Shown here piece by piece: positions 35,836-46,175 of a stretch of 64,000 nucleotides of DNA. The DNA lies in contig CBDETY010000003.1 in assembly GCA_965243025.1 (NCBI GenBank), positions 5,024,001 through 5,088,000 on the forward strand, given 5' to 3'. The first letter of the stretch is position 1. Every line of letters starts with the position of its first letter. The translations under genes were made by a program, and so were the position numbers. The DNA comes from Candidatus Latescibacterota bacterium (GTDB lineage: Bacteria > Latescibacterota > UBA2968 > UBA8231). The notes beneath the pieces are model-generated. The model searched no databases, was not told where the DNA came from, and was given only the letters and a program-made list of their open reading frames with translations.

Positions 35836-36813
35836 CTAAAGAGACCGCTGATTCTCCCTGCCCGTCCCCGGATCGAAGGCTTCCAACAAATTGCATGCCT
35901 CCGAGAAGTACCCTTCATCGAGCTCGAATCCCAGGCAGGAGATGCCCAGCCCCTTGCAGGCCAGGGCGGTGTGTCCGAGCCCGAGGAAGGGGTCCAGGAC
36001 GCGGTCGACCCGTTGCAGCCCGTGCAGCCGGATGCACATCTCGGGCACCCTGACGGGGAACGTCGCCGGGTGCGGCCGTTCCCTGTCGCGGCTCTGAATC
36101 GTCCGGTACGGAATGAACCAGGTGTTCCCCCGGCAGCGCAGGTCGTCCTTCGCCCCCGACCATCTGCCGACGTTGGACTTGTCCTGGTACTCCACTCCGA
36201 CCGCGAGTCGGTCGAGCTCGACGTCCCCGAACCTGGTCAGGTGGAAGATGTACTCGTGGCAGTCGTTGACGTAGCGCCTGCTGTTGATCGGCTTGTAGTG
36301 GCCAACGGTGACGTTCTTCGCCGGCGCCTCGGCGTCACCGGCACTTCCACTTCCGGTCGGATGGGAAGAGCCTCCGGGATGATCCTGCGAATCGGGAATC
36401 TCCCCGAGGTTACCTTGGCCGTGTCCGCTGTCGATGGCGATCGACTTGATCCAGTGCAAGGTGTTCTGCAGCGCGAACCGGCTGCGGAGCCGCTGCAGGA
36501 TCTCGAAGGGCCCCCAGGGTTCCGAAGGCTTTCCCGACACGTTGAGGAACAGCGATCCGCGGCGGCTCAACACCCGGAGCAGGGCGTCTCCCCATGCCTC
36601 GATCCAGTCGAGGTACTCGGCTCGCGGGACCTTGTCGTCGTATGATCCGTAGGCGACCCCGAGGTTGTAGGGAGGGGAGGTCACCACGACATCGACAGAT
36701 TCCGGTTCCACCAGCTCCTGCATTCCGGAGATGCAGTCGCGCCGGTGGAGGACGATTTGGCCGCCTGAATCGAGGGGAAAGATTGCACAGCCTGGATCTG
36801 GTCGGACCGCCAT
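35836..36813 (-). CDS. Orphan beta-group N4-cytosine/N6-adenine DNA methyltransferase
   Basis: Catalytic 'VVTSPPYN' precedes 'HPATFP' and the SAM-binding 'VLDPFLGLGHT..GFELD'. ATG start at 36813 inferred. Confidence 0.9.
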   Translation of the reverse strand: MAVRPDPGCAIFPLDSGGQIVLHRRDCISGMQELVEPESVDVVVTSPPYNLGVAYGSYDDKVPRAEYLDWIEAWGDALLRVLSRRGSLFLNVSGKPSEPWGPFEILQRLRSRFALQNTLHWIKSIAIDSGHGQGNLGEIPDSQDHPGGSSHPTGSGSAGDAEAPAKNVTVGHYKPINSRRYVNDCHEYIFHLTRFGDVELDRLAVGVEYQDKSNVGRWSGAKDDLRCRGNTWFIPYRTIQSRDRERPHPATFPVRVPEMCIRLHGLQRVDRVLDPFLGLGHTALACKGLGISCLGFELDEGYFSEACNLLEAFDPGTGRENQRSL

Positions 36814-36937
36814 TTTTTTCCCGATCTGTTCCGGAACTCGGTCGCTTTCCGGTCTGTTCACGAATTGACGGACGGTTGACCTGCCGGAATCCGGACACCC
36901 GCCGGACTTCGCTCCGGGCTGTGATTTCGCAGAGCGG

Positions 36938-39900
36938 CTATTCCCTCCGGACTTCCTCGAGCATCCTGTCGAGCCGCTGCGCCGACACCTTGCCGGCCGT
37001 GCCCAGCTCCTGGGCGAAGACCGATACCCGCCACTCCTCCAGGAGCCAGCGGAACTCTTCGATTTTCTTCGGGCTTCCTTCGTTTCCGGGGTCCGCAGCC
37101 GGCCAAAGCTCGTCCAGAGCTCGTTGATAGGGCGCGACCAGCTGCGCCTTCCGCCGGTCTCTGGCGGCATCGCCGCGGGCGCGGTCGGCGCGCACCTGGA
37201 CGCCCTTGAGATAGCGGCACAGATGCGGCAGCCGCTCGAAGTCGGCGGCGGCGAGAAAACCGGCAGGCAGCAGCCGCTTCAGGTCCTCCTGCATCCCGGG
37301 GTAAGGCTGGGGACAGGTGACGATCCGGCGGCGGGTTTCCAGCAAGGTCTCGACCAGGCCGATCATTTTTCCGGCGGCTCCGGCCAGTTTGGCGCGCCCC
37401 TGACGGCAGCCCTCCTCGAACCTTTCCCGGCTCAGGGGGATGGCCGGCCGGCGTCCGAACAGGTAGCGGAGCAGGCAGGTGTACGCCTGCTGCTCGAGGT
37501 CGGAGGCCCCAGCGAATGAAGCAAAGAGCGGATGCAGCCGCCGCAGCTCGGCCAGTTCCCGGCGCAACTGCCGCATCTGCTCCGTCATGACCAGCTCGGA
37601 CAGCCGGAGGATCCCGTCCCGGCTCGCCCGCTCGGCATCACCCCGCTTTCGGTAGAGGCGCACGCAGACTCCCTCGCCGCAGCACGTCAGCCCCGGATAG
37701 GCGAGCAGCGGGATGCCGGCGACCTCGCTGACCTCGACCTGCTCCGGCGGGTCGCCGAAATCCCAGGAAGTCAGGTCGTCCCGCTCCCAACGGGCGGCGG
37801 CCATTCTCCAGGCATCCTGCTCGGCCGGGGTGTCGTGCCGTTGCAGCCTTGCGCTCAGCAGCTCCAGGTCCCGTCCCGCCGCCACCGCCCGCCCGTCGCT
37901 CCCCCGGACTTCGACGCGCAGGCGCAGATGCTCGGGAATCGCCTCCGGCTTCCAGTCGGCGCGGCTCACCTGCAACCGGTAGCGCTCCGCCAGGTGCTCC
38001 TCGAGCGACTCGAGGAAAGAGGGGTGGGTCGGTCTGAGATCGGCGGCGATCCTCCTGGCGGTCCGCGGAATCGGCAGCAACTGCTTGCGCATCTGCTTGG
38101 GCAGGGAGCGCAGCAGGCAGGTGATCCGCTCCTCGCGAACCCCGGGGACCAGCCAGTCCAGCAGCTCCGGGTTGACGGCGTCCATCAACCGGTACGGCAG
38201 GCGGACCGTGATGCCGTCCTCTTCCTGCCCCGGTCTGTACGCGTACGCCAGCTCGACCGCCTCGCCGGCGAGCTCGATGCGGTCGGGAAACGCGTCGCGG
38301 TCGAAGGACGTCTCGCTGCCGCCGAGCAGGTCGGCCTCTTCCATGCGCAGGAAGCGGTCGCCGTCCGGGCGCTCGTTGATGATGCGGTTGAGGTCGTGCA
38401 CCGAAGAGATATCCTCATCCAGACGCGAGGCGTAGAAACGGCGAACCGCCTCATCGACGTCGATGGCGGTGCGACGGGTGCGCGTCTGCCAGGTCTCGAT
38501 GCGGTCGGCGAGCTGGAGGTTGCGTGCCAGAAACTCGCGAGGGGTGTCGACATCTCCGGCGACCAGGCCATCGCGGATGAAGATCTCAGCGGAGTCGCGG
38601 GGTTTCACCTCCTGGCCCGGGACGCGGTGTCTGGCGACCTGCAGGCCGTGGATGTGCACCGTCTCCTGCACGAGGACGCGTCCGGCGCTGCGGCTCCAGT
38701 ACGGATCTCCGTATGAACTGCGGCACAGGTGGCCGCCGAGGTCGGGCAGCCAACCCGGCCGGATGCGCGCGGCGGTGCGGGCGAACAGGCGGGAGGTCTC
38801 CACGATTTCGGCCGCGACGATCCATTCGGGCGAGGCCCCGTTCGACTGCCCTTCCCGTTGATCACTTCGGGCCGTTGCCTCCCGGCGCTCGAACAGGCCC
38901 GAACCGGGAAACAGCATCACCGCCCTGTTGCGGGCCGCCTGGTAGAGGTTGTGCTCCTTCTTTCGGGCGATGCTGCTCAACAGGCCTGTAACGATCGACC
39001 GGTGGATGGCGTCGTACCCGGCCTGACGCCTGCCTGGCTGCAGGCGAAACCCCCCGAGGTCTGACAGCTCCCCGGTCAGCTGGGCGTGAATGTCCCGCCA
39101 CTCGCGCATGCGCGCGAAGGAGAGGAAGTGGCGGCGGCAGAACCTGCGCATCTGGCTCTGGGTCTCGAGCTGCTCGAAGCGCTCGTGGTAGCGGTTCCAG
39201 ATGTTGAGAAGGGTCAGGAAGTCGGAATGCCTGTCGGCGAACTGCCGGTGCATGCGGTCGGCTTCGTCGCGGCGGTCGAGCGGCCTCTCGCGCGGATCCT
39301 GAATGCCGATGGCCGAGGCGATGACGAGCAGCTCGGGAAGCGCCCCTTCGGCCCGGGCCTGCAGGATCATGCGCGACACTGTCGGGGGGATCGGCAGGCG
39401 CGCCATGTCGCGGCCGAGGCGGGTCAAGCGGCGCCTGGAGTCGAGAGCCCCCAGCTCCTGCAGCTGAACGTAGCCGCTGTTGATCGCCCGCGGCGCCGGC
39501 GGGTCGACGAAAGGAAACTCCTCGACCTTGCCGAGCTGAAGGTCGAGCATGCGCAGGATGATGTCGGCGAGGTCCGAGCGCTGGATCTCGGGGGCCGTGT
39601 ACTCGGGCCTGGAAAGGAACTCCTCTTCGCTGTAGAGGCGCACGCAGACCCCTTCGGCGACGCGGCCGCAGCGGCCCTTGCGCTGCTCGGCGCTGCTCCG
39701 GGAAATCGCCTCGACCGGCAGCCGTTGCGTATGCGTCCGCGGGTTGTAGCGGTTGATCCGCGCCAGTCCCGGGTCGACGACGTAGCGGATGCCGGGAATC
39801 GTCAGCGAGGTTTCGGCGATGTTGGTGGCGACGACGACGCGGCGGCGGTCCGGGCGGGCGAACACCCGCTGCTGCTCGGCAGCGGTCAGGCGGCTGAACA

Positions 39901-40888
39901 GCGGCAGGATCTCGACGTTCCGTTTTGCCAGCCGGTGCTGCAGGAGGTCGCTGGTCTCGCGTATGTCCCGCTCCCCGGGCATGAATACGAGGACGTCCCC
40001 GGATGCGGACTCCTCCAGCAGTTGCAGCACCGCAGCCACCGCCGCGTCGGTGTAGGAGAGCTCCTCGGCCTCCCCGAGAATCTCTTCCAGCGGCCGGTAG
40101 CGGACCTCGACAGGGTACATCCGCCCCGAGACCTCGAGGACGGGGGCGCCGCCGAAGGCCCGCGAAAACTTCTCGACGTCGATGGTTGCCGAGGTGATGA
40201 CGAGCTTGAGGCCGGGCCGCCTTTCGAGAAGCAGGCGCATGTACCCCAGCAGGAAATCGATGTTGAGGCTGCGTTCGTGGGCCTCGTCGAGGATGACGGT
40301 GTCGTACTCGAGAAGGTCGGGATCGCCGCGGACCTCGCTCAGCAGCATGCCGTCGGTGACCAGCTTGATCAGGGTCTCGGCCTCGGTCCGGTCCCGGAAG
40401 CGGATCTTGCAGCCCACCTCGCGGCCCCAAGTGACCCCGAGCTCCTCGGCCAGGCGCCGCGACAGCGACTGCGCCGCCACCCGCCGGGGCTGGGTGCAGA
40501 CGATGCGGGCGTCGCGGCCCCGCCCCGCTTCGAGGCAGATCTTGGGCAGCTGGGTGGTTTTCCCCGACCCGGTCTCCCCGGCGACGACGACGACCTGGTG
40601 TTCGGCGATTGCCCGGAGGATCTCCTCCTTGCGCGCGGTGATCGGCAGCTCTTCCGGGTAGGATACCGCCGGGATGAGGCGGAGGCGCCCGGCGCGCAGC
40701 CGCCGCGAGGCCTCGATGCGCTCGCGCAGCCGGCCGAGCTCCCCGGACAGGGTTGCGCCAGAGCGTCCGGACAAACGGTCCCGGAGGTCCCGCAGGCGGC
40801 GACCGATACGCACGCGGTCGGCGAGCAGACAATCCTCGAGCGCCGCCTCGAGGTCGCTGACCGTGCCGGCGTCGTCAGAGGCCGGCAT
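36938..40888 (-). CDS. hrpA: ATP-dependent RNA helicase HrpA
   Basis: 'GETGSGKTTQLPK', 'DEAHERS', 'SAT', 'QRKGRCGR'; C-terminal 'RWLLEEWRVSVFAQELGT'. Confidence 0.96.
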   Translation of the reverse strand: MPASDDAGTVSDLEAALEDCLLADRVRIGRRLRDLRDRLSGRSGATLSGELGRLRERIEASRRLRAGRLRLIPAVSYPEELPITARKEEILRAIAEHQVVVVAGETGSGKTTQLPKICLEAGRGRDARIVCTQPRRVAAQSLSRRLAEELGVTWGREVGCKIRFRDRTEAETLIKLVTDGMLLSEVRGDPDLLEYDTVILDEAHERSLNIDFLLGYMRLLLERRPGLKLVITSATIDVEKFSRAFGGAPVLEVSGRMYPVEVRYRPLEEILGEAEELSYTDAAVAAVLQLLEESASGDVLVFMPGERDIRETSDLLQHRLAKRNVEILPLFSRLTAAEQQRVFARPDRRRVVVATNIAETSLTIPGIRYVVDPGLARINRYNPRTHTQRLPVEAISRSSAEQRKGRCGRVAEGVCVRLYSEEEFLSRPEYTAPEIQRSDLADIILRMLDLQLGKVEEFPFVDPPAPRAINSGYVQLQELGALDSRRRLTRLGRDMARLPIPPTVSRMILQARAEGALPELLVIASAIGIQDPRERPLDRRDEADRMHRQFADRHSDFLTLLNIWNRYHERFEQLETQSQMRRFCRRHFLSFARMREWRDIHAQLTGELSDLGGFRLQPGRRQAGYDAIHRSIVTGLLSSIARKKEHNLYQAARNRAVMLFPGSGLFERREATARSDQREGQSNGASPEWIVAAEIVETSRLFARTAARIRPGWLPDLGGHLCRSSYGDPYWSRSAGRVLVQETVHIHGLQVARHRVPGQEVKPRDSAEIFIRDGLVAGDVDTPREFLARNLQLADRIETWQTRTRRTAIDVDEAVRRFYASRLDEDISSVHDLNRIINERPDGDRFLRMEEADLLGGSETSFDRDAFPDRIELAGEAVELAYAYRPGQEEDGITVRLPYRLMDAVNPELLDWLVPGVREERITCLLRSLPKQMRKQLLPIPRTARRIAADLRPTHPSFLESLEEHLAERYRLQVSRADWKPEAIPEHLRLRVEVRGSDGRAVAAGRDLELLSARLQRHDTPAEQDAWRMAAARWERDDLTSWDFGDPPEQVEVSEVAGIPLLAYPGLTCCGEGVCVRLYRKRGDAERASRDGILRLSELVMTEQMRQLRRELAELRRLHPLFASFAGASDLEQQAYTCLLRYLFGRRPAIPLSRERFEEGCRQGRAKLAGAAGKMIGLVETLLETRRRIVTCPQPYPGMQEDLKRLLPAGFLAAADFERLPHLCRYLKGVQVRADRARGDAARDRRKAQLVAPYQRALDELWPAADPGNEGSPKKIEEFRWLLEEWRVSVFAQELGTAGKVSAQRLDRMLEEVRRE

Positions 40889-41021
40889 GTTTCAGATGCG
40901 CGGACAGCAGTGTGGCCATGGTAAAAACATAACGCCTGCACGATGATGAGGTGGGAAGAAGGGAGCTTGCACGACACCCTGAATCCGGGCACAACCACCC
41001 CGGAGCCGGTAAATTTGAACC

Positions 41022-42236
41022 ATGAACGAAATCCTGGAGTCGGCACGGCAACTTGCCCGCCAGGTGGCCCTTGAGTCGGGACAGGCGGCAATTCTTCTGG
41101 GGTTGGCGTGGCTCGGCTACTACGTCGCCCGCAACGCCTTCCTCCGCGTCCTGGAGCGACTGATCCGGCGCAGCCGCACCGACCTCGACGAAATCCTCCT
41201 CGGTACCGGTGTACTCCGACGCTCCGCCATGCTCGTTCCGGCGGCGGTCCTGTTCTACGGAGCCGAAGTCATTCCGGGGCCGCCCGAGCTGACCCGGCAG
41301 ATCATGGTGGCTGTCCTGGGCGTGTTGGGGCTGCTCATCGGCGGTTCGTTACTGAGCGCGTTCGACGTGGTCTACGGGCGGCTTCCCGTGGCCGAGAAGG
41401 TGCCGATCAGGAGCTACGTGCAGATCACCAGAATCGCCCTGTACGTCGTGGGGTCGCTGGTGGTTGTGGCGCTGACGATGGGGCGCTCGCCGCTGGGCCT
41501 GCTCGGCGGCATCGGGGCCATGACCGCGGTCGTGCTGTTGATCTTCCGCGACACCATCCTGTCCCTGGTCGCCAGCATTCAGATCCATTCGCAGAACCTC
41601 GTCGACGAAGGGGACTGGATCGAGGCGCCGGCTTTCGGGGCGGACGGAGACGTCATCGACATCTCCCTGCACACGATTCAGGTCCAGAACTGGGACAAGA
41701 CGATCACCACCATCCCGACTCCCAAGCTGATCGACGCATCCTTCAAGAACTGGCGCGGCATGAAGGAGAGCGGCGGCCGCCGCATCAAGCGCTCGCTGTT
41801 CATAGACATGCAGACGATCCGCATATGCAGCGACGAGATGCTGGAGCGGTACGGGAAGTTCGAGCTGATCCGGGAGTACCTGCGCGAAAGGCGGCAGGAT
41901 GTCGCCGATCACAACGCCTCCACCAGGGTCGACACGAGTCACCTGATCAACGGCAGGAGACTGACCAACGTCGGGACCTTCAGGGCGTACGTGACCGCCT
42001 ACCTGCGCAACCACCCCAGGATCCGCCAGGACCTCACGTTTCTCGTGCGCCAGCTGCAACCGGGAGACACCGGCCTGCCGATCGAGATCTACGTGTTCAC
42101 GAACGACACCGAGTGGGCGAACTACGAGGCGATTCAGGCCGACATCTTCGACCACCTGATCGCCGTGGTTCCCCAGTTCGACCTGCGGGTGTTCCAGCAA
42201 CCCGCCGGCGCGGATTTCCGCGCCCTGGCCCGCTGA
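41022..42236 (+). CDS. MscS-family mechanosensitive channel (YbdG-like)
   Basis: 'GAMTAVVLLIFRDTILSLVAS', 'GDWIE..GADGDVIDISL..VQNWDKTITTIP', 'GGRRIKRS', 'LVRQLQP..GLPIEIY'. Confidence 0.93.
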   Translation: MNEILESARQLARQVALESGQAAILLGLAWLGYYVARNAFLRVLERLIRRSRTDLDEILLGTGVLRRSAMLVPAAVLFYGAEVIPGPPELTRQIMVAVLGVLGLLIGGSLLSAFDVVYGRLPVAEKVPIRSYVQITRIALYVVGSLVVVALTMGRSPLGLLGGIGAMTAVVLLIFRDTILSLVASIQIHSQNLVDEGDWIEAPAFGADGDVIDISLHTIQVQNWDKTITTIPTPKLIDASFKNWRGMKESGGRRIKRSLFIDMQTIRICSDEMLERYGKFELIREYLRERRQDVADHNASTRVDTSHLINGRRLTNVGTFRAYVTAYLRNHPRIRQDLTFLVRQLQPGDTGLPIEIYVFTNDTEWANYEAIQADIFDHLIAVVPQFDLRVFQQPAGADFRALAR

Positions 42237-42416
42237 CTCTGCCTGTCCCTGGCCGGCGCAAGGCGGATCACGACCATTTCTGCCTGGCCGTGGGAGGGTG
42301 GATGCGAGGCCCGGGTACCGTTGGGAACAATCGAGTTCCAACCGGATGAGTTTCCGGCCCGGAGGTTTCTCCCAGGCCGCGCCGGATGCGCTCGAAAGGC
42401 CTGATAAGGTGGAAAT

Positions 42417-43298
42417 GTGGACACGAACAGAATCGTAGACGCGCACATTCACGTCTGGAGCCGGGAGTTCGAGCGCTATCCCCTGGCTCCGGGGTTTGCC
42501 GAATCCGATCTGTGGCGGCCGTCGTTTACACCCGACGACCACTTCCGCTACAGCCGGCAGGTGGGGAAGATCCGCATCAACCTGGTGCAGATGACGTGGT
42601 ACGGACTCGACCACAGCTACATCATCGATCTGATTGCCGCCGACCCCGACACGTTCGTCGGTACCGGGGTCGTCCCGGCCGTCAGCGACGTCGCCCTGGC
42701 ACCGCCCGATCGAGCGATGAGGGACCTTGCCAGATGCGGTATCTACGCCTTCCGGATTCGCGGCAGAGGCGCGCAACCGCCGAGGGGGCAGTCGGACCGC
42801 TGGCTCGACCAGAAGGGGTACGAACAGATGTTTGCAGCCGGGGCCGAAGACAATCTGGCGCTCAGCTTTCTCATGGGTCCACGGGACATACCCGAACTCG
42901 ACCGCATGTGTTGGCGTTTTCCCGAGACCCCCGTCATCGTCGATCACTTCGGTGGCGCGCAGGTCAGGGACGGCGCAATCAACCAGGGGGATCTGCAGGC
43001 CCTGTGCGGACTGGCCAGGCATCCGCGGGTGATGGTGAAACTCGGGCCCCTGCACGGCGTCGGTAATCGCCGCGCCCCGTTTCACGACACGCGGGCCCTT
43101 ATCCGGCCCGTCGTAGAAGCTTTCGGCGCCGAGCGCTGCATGTGGGAAAGCGACAGCGGCGGTCCGGTCGGGATGGAAAACCCTCTCGAGGATTACCCGG
43201 CCGCAATCGCCGTGGTCGCCGAGGCGGATTTCCTCAGTGCTTCCCAGAAAGAGCTGATTCTCGGAGGCAGCGCGGCGAAGTTCTTTTTCGAGCGGTGA
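42417..43298 (+). CDS. Amidohydrolase_2 family protein
   Basis: 'IVDAHIHVW', 'IVDHFG', 'FGAERCMWESD', 'ILGGSA'. Confidence 0.88.
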   Translation: MDTNRIVDAHIHVWSREFERYPLAPGFAESDLWRPSFTPDDHFRYSRQVGKIRINLVQMTWYGLDHSYIIDLIAADPDTFVGTGVVPAVSDVALAPPDRAMRDLARCGIYAFRIRGRGAQPPRGQSDRWLDQKGYEQMFAAGAEDNLALSFLMGPRDIPELDRMCWRFPETPVIVDHFGGAQVRDGAINQGDLQALCGLARHPRVMVKLGPLHGVGNRRAPFHDTRALIRPVVEAFGAERCMWESDSGGPVGMENPLEDYPAAIAVVAEADFLSASQKELILGGSAAKFFFER

Positions 43299-43506
43299 GG
43301 GTTCGCTCCAATGCGATTGACGGGCTTTGCCGGCCTCGACGGCGCAGGCAGAGCGTGGAGGACAGACAGGGCTTCGTCGCGGGAAGCGCGGGATGAGTGC
43401 GACCTGGTTCTCAACGCGAGCACGCTGGAGGTGGAGGAGATAGCGACCGCGACCCTGCGTCAGCGCATGCGCGGCGACGGGCCCGGACAGAGGAGCGAAG
43501 GTCGAT

Positions 43507-45120
43507 ATGGACCTGCTGATTAGCGGCGGCAGCGTCGTTGACGGTACCGGGAACCCACCTCGGCCTGCCGACGTGGCGGTTCAGGACGGGCGCATCCTCG
43601 ACGTCGGAACCATCGCAAAACCGGAAGAAGTACCCTGTCTCGACGCCAGCGGCCTGCTGGTGGCTCCCGGCTTCATCGATATCCACAGTCATTCGGACTT
43701 CACCCTGATCGTCGACCCGCGCGCGGTCAGCTCGATCACCCAGGGCGTGACCTTCGAAGTGGTCGGCAACTGCGGTCACGGGTGCGCGCCCATCGTCGAC
43801 GCCGAGCTCGCGAAGTCGAACATCTACGGAAGTCGCGCCGATTCGGAGATCGACTGGCATACGATGGCCGAATACCTCGACCGGCTCCAGGCCGGGAGAC
43901 CGGCGGTCAACGTGGCGGCCCTGGTTCCCAACGGCATCCTGAGGCTGGCCGCCGTCGAGCATCTCGACCGCCCGTCGACGCCGGAGGAGCTCGAGCGGAT
44001 GAAGCGGCTGCTCGCCCAGGGGTTGGAGGAAGGGGCGATCGGTTTTTCCACCGGGCTCGAGTACGGCCCGGAAATGGCCTGCCCGGAGGAGGAGATCGTC
44101 GAACTCTGCCGGGTGGCAGCCCGGGCCGGAGGCCTGTACGCGACGCACACCCGAAACCGCTACGGGGAAGCCCACGAGGCCATCGCCGAGGCGATCCGCA
44201 CCAGCACCGCCTCGGGGGCTCCCCTGCAGATCTCCCATATCCAGGTAGTTGCGCGGTTGGTAGAGAACGGACGGGAGGCGTTCGAACATGCCCTCCAACA
44301 GGTCGAACAGGCGCGGGTCCGGGGGGTGGATATCGGCTTCGACATGCACACCCGCCTGTTCGGGACCACGCACCTGAGCACCGCCCTGCCCCCCTGGGCG
44401 CTCGTGGGAGACAAGGCGGCGATTGCGGCGCGGTTGCGGGACCGCGGGGTGCGCGAAGAGCTGAAGCGCTACCGCAGCCTCCTGCGCTCCCTGGTTCAGG
44501 ACGACTGGAACAAAATCATTCTTTTCGACAGCAAAGCGGCGCCCGGGTTTTCCCGCAGGAGCATCGCCGAGATCGCCGGGCTGACGGGCGCCGACCCGCT
44601 CGAAGCCATCTGCGACCTCCTGCTCGCCGAGATCGACGATATGCACAGCCTCATGGTGATCGCCCTGACCTACCGGGAGGAGGAGAACAGGATCGCCTTC
44701 GAGCATCCCCACTGCATGGTCGCCTCGGACGCCACGGCGCTGGCGACCGATGGTCCGCTGCAGGGCACCTCCTTCCATGGGGCCTACACCTGGGCTTCCT
44801 GGTTTTACCGCCGCTTTGTCCGCGACACCGCGACCCTCAGTCCCCAGGAGGCGGTGCGACGGCTCACCTCCCTCCCCGCGCGGCGGCTCGGCATCAGCGA
44901 CCGGGGTGTCATCCGCAAAGGCGCGTGGGCCGATCTGGCGATTTTCGATCCGCGGACGTTCGGGGAGCGAGGCACCACCTACGAGCCGAACCAGACCGCA
45001 GCCGGCATGATCCACGTCCTCGTCAACGGTACCGTTACCGTAGAGAACGGGGAGTTGACGGGAATGCGCGGGGGGCAGGTGGTGCGCAGCGGTCAGATTC
45101 CTCGCGGGGTGTGGTCGTAG
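43507..45120 (+). CDS. N-acyl-D-amino-acid deacylase (D-aminoacylase) family
   Basis: 'VVDGTGNP', 'PGFIDIHSHSD', 'QGVTFEVVGNCG', 'GFSTGLEY', 'YATHTR', 'GAWADLAIFDP'. Confidence 0.92.
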   Translation: MDLLISGGSVVDGTGNPPRPADVAVQDGRILDVGTIAKPEEVPCLDASGLLVAPGFIDIHSHSDFTLIVDPRAVSSITQGVTFEVVGNCGHGCAPIVDAELAKSNIYGSRADSEIDWHTMAEYLDRLQAGRPAVNVAALVPNGILRLAAVEHLDRPSTPEELERMKRLLAQGLEEGAIGFSTGLEYGPEMACPEEEIVELCRVAARAGGLYATHTRNRYGEAHEAIAEAIRTSTASGAPLQISHIQVVARLVENGREAFEHALQQVEQARVRGVDIGFDMHTRLFGTTHLSTALPPWALVGDKAAIAARLRDRGVREELKRYRSLLRSLVQDDWNKIILFDSKAAPGFSRRSIAEIAGLTGADPLEAICDLLLAEIDDMHSLMVIALTYREEENRIAFEHPHCMVASDATALATDGPLQGTSFHGAYTWASWFYRRFVRDTATLSPQEAVRRLTSLPARRLGISDRGVIRKGAWADLAIFDPRTFGERGTTYEPNQTAAGMIHVLVNGTVTVENGELTGMRGGQVVRSGQIPRGVWS

Positions 45121-46035
45121 TCACTCCGGCGGAGGCCTGACGAGTCCCGCTCCCGCCGCGTCGATCATCTGTTTCAGTTTCTCCGCGATAAACCTGCTGT
45201 AGATGGCAATCAACTTCTCCCCTTTTTCCGCCGAGGCGAGCAAGGCGTTCTCCTGGCGGGCGCGGTCCCGCGGGTTCTCGGGATTGGGCCCTCCCAGGGG
45301 CCAGCCTTCCTTCGAGAAGGGCTCCAGGTATTCCTCGATTTCGGGGGAAAGTCCGTTTGCGTAATCCAGCCCGGCCCGGTCGTACTCCTCCATGGTGAAG
45401 GCGCGAACGCGCTGCGGGCAAATCGCCAGTATCAAGGATGTCTCCTCCTCCGAGGCGTGGTTGAGGGAGGTCTGGCGCGCTACGGTGTCAAGCCTGCCCT
45501 CCTTCAGGTCCCGGTATCCCTGGAGGAAATCCGCCCGTTCCTCGTCGGTGAGTCCGGAAGCGTAGGAGACCTCGTCGAGCACCACGCCCAGGCCGCGGCG
45601 CCACTCGGGCAGAACGTCCCGCAGCAGACCGTGGTTGCCGCCGTGGCCGTTGACTACCAGAATGACGGCGATACCGTGGCTCTTCAGGCTTTGCACGACA
45701 TCGAACAGGTATGCCCGCAGGGTTTCCTTGCGCAGCGTCAGGGTGCCCTTGCGCGCCATGTGGTACGGCGAGTACCCGGCAGGACAACCAGGAGCCACCA
45801 CGACCTGTGGATAGAGCAGCAGGGCGGCCTGACGGGAAAGAAACGTGGAGACGACAATGTCCACGTCGAGGGCGAGGTGCTCGTTGTGCTGCTCGATGGC
45901 CCCGATCGGGACAATGGCGGCTTTCAGACGGCCGCTTTGCAGCGCCTGACGGATCTCCTGGCGGGTGTTCTCGCCAAGCATCACCCGGTCGGGATTGATG
46001 CAGCGGTTCGGTTCGGGTGACATTCCGCTCTCCAT
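45121..46035 (-). CDS. Creatininase family protein
   Basis: 'VPIGAIEQHNEHL..D', 'GYSPYH', 'VNGHGGN', 'HASEEETS'. Confidence 0.9.
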   Translation of the reverse strand: MESGMSPEPNRCINPDRVMLGENTRQEIRQALQSGRLKAAIVPIGAIEQHNEHLALDVDIVVSTFLSRQAALLLYPQVVVAPGCPAGYSPYHMARKGTLTLRKETLRAYLFDVVQSLKSHGIAVILVVNGHGGNHGLLRDVLPEWRRGLGVVLDEVSYASGLTDEERADFLQGYRDLKEGRLDTVARQTSLNHASEEETSLILAICPQRVRAFTMEEYDRAGLDYANGLSPEIEEYLEPFSKEGWPLGGPNPENPRDRARQENALLASAEKGEKLIAIYSRFIAEKLKQMIDAAGAGLVRPPPE

Positions 46036-46175
46036 TCATCGTCTCAGGCCGAACACCCTGTTACAGGGCCATGGAGGTCCGGTTCCCAGCCTCGGAAATT
46101 GATCGTCTGGCGGACCGCGTGTGAAGGGGATGCCTCCCCCAGCCGGGGGTTCGGACGCCCCCTGAAGGGCAGTTG

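Noticed and set aside
35836-40888. hrpA + DNA methyltransferase as a defence system
   Set aside because: The helicase is a canonical housekeeping HrpA; no nuclease or other defence genes are adjacent.
43311-43523. 70-aa ORF with 'DLVLNASTLEVEEIA', resembling a kinase C-terminus (possible gene remnant)
   Set aside because: Too short and the similarity too weak; it overlaps the next gene's start.
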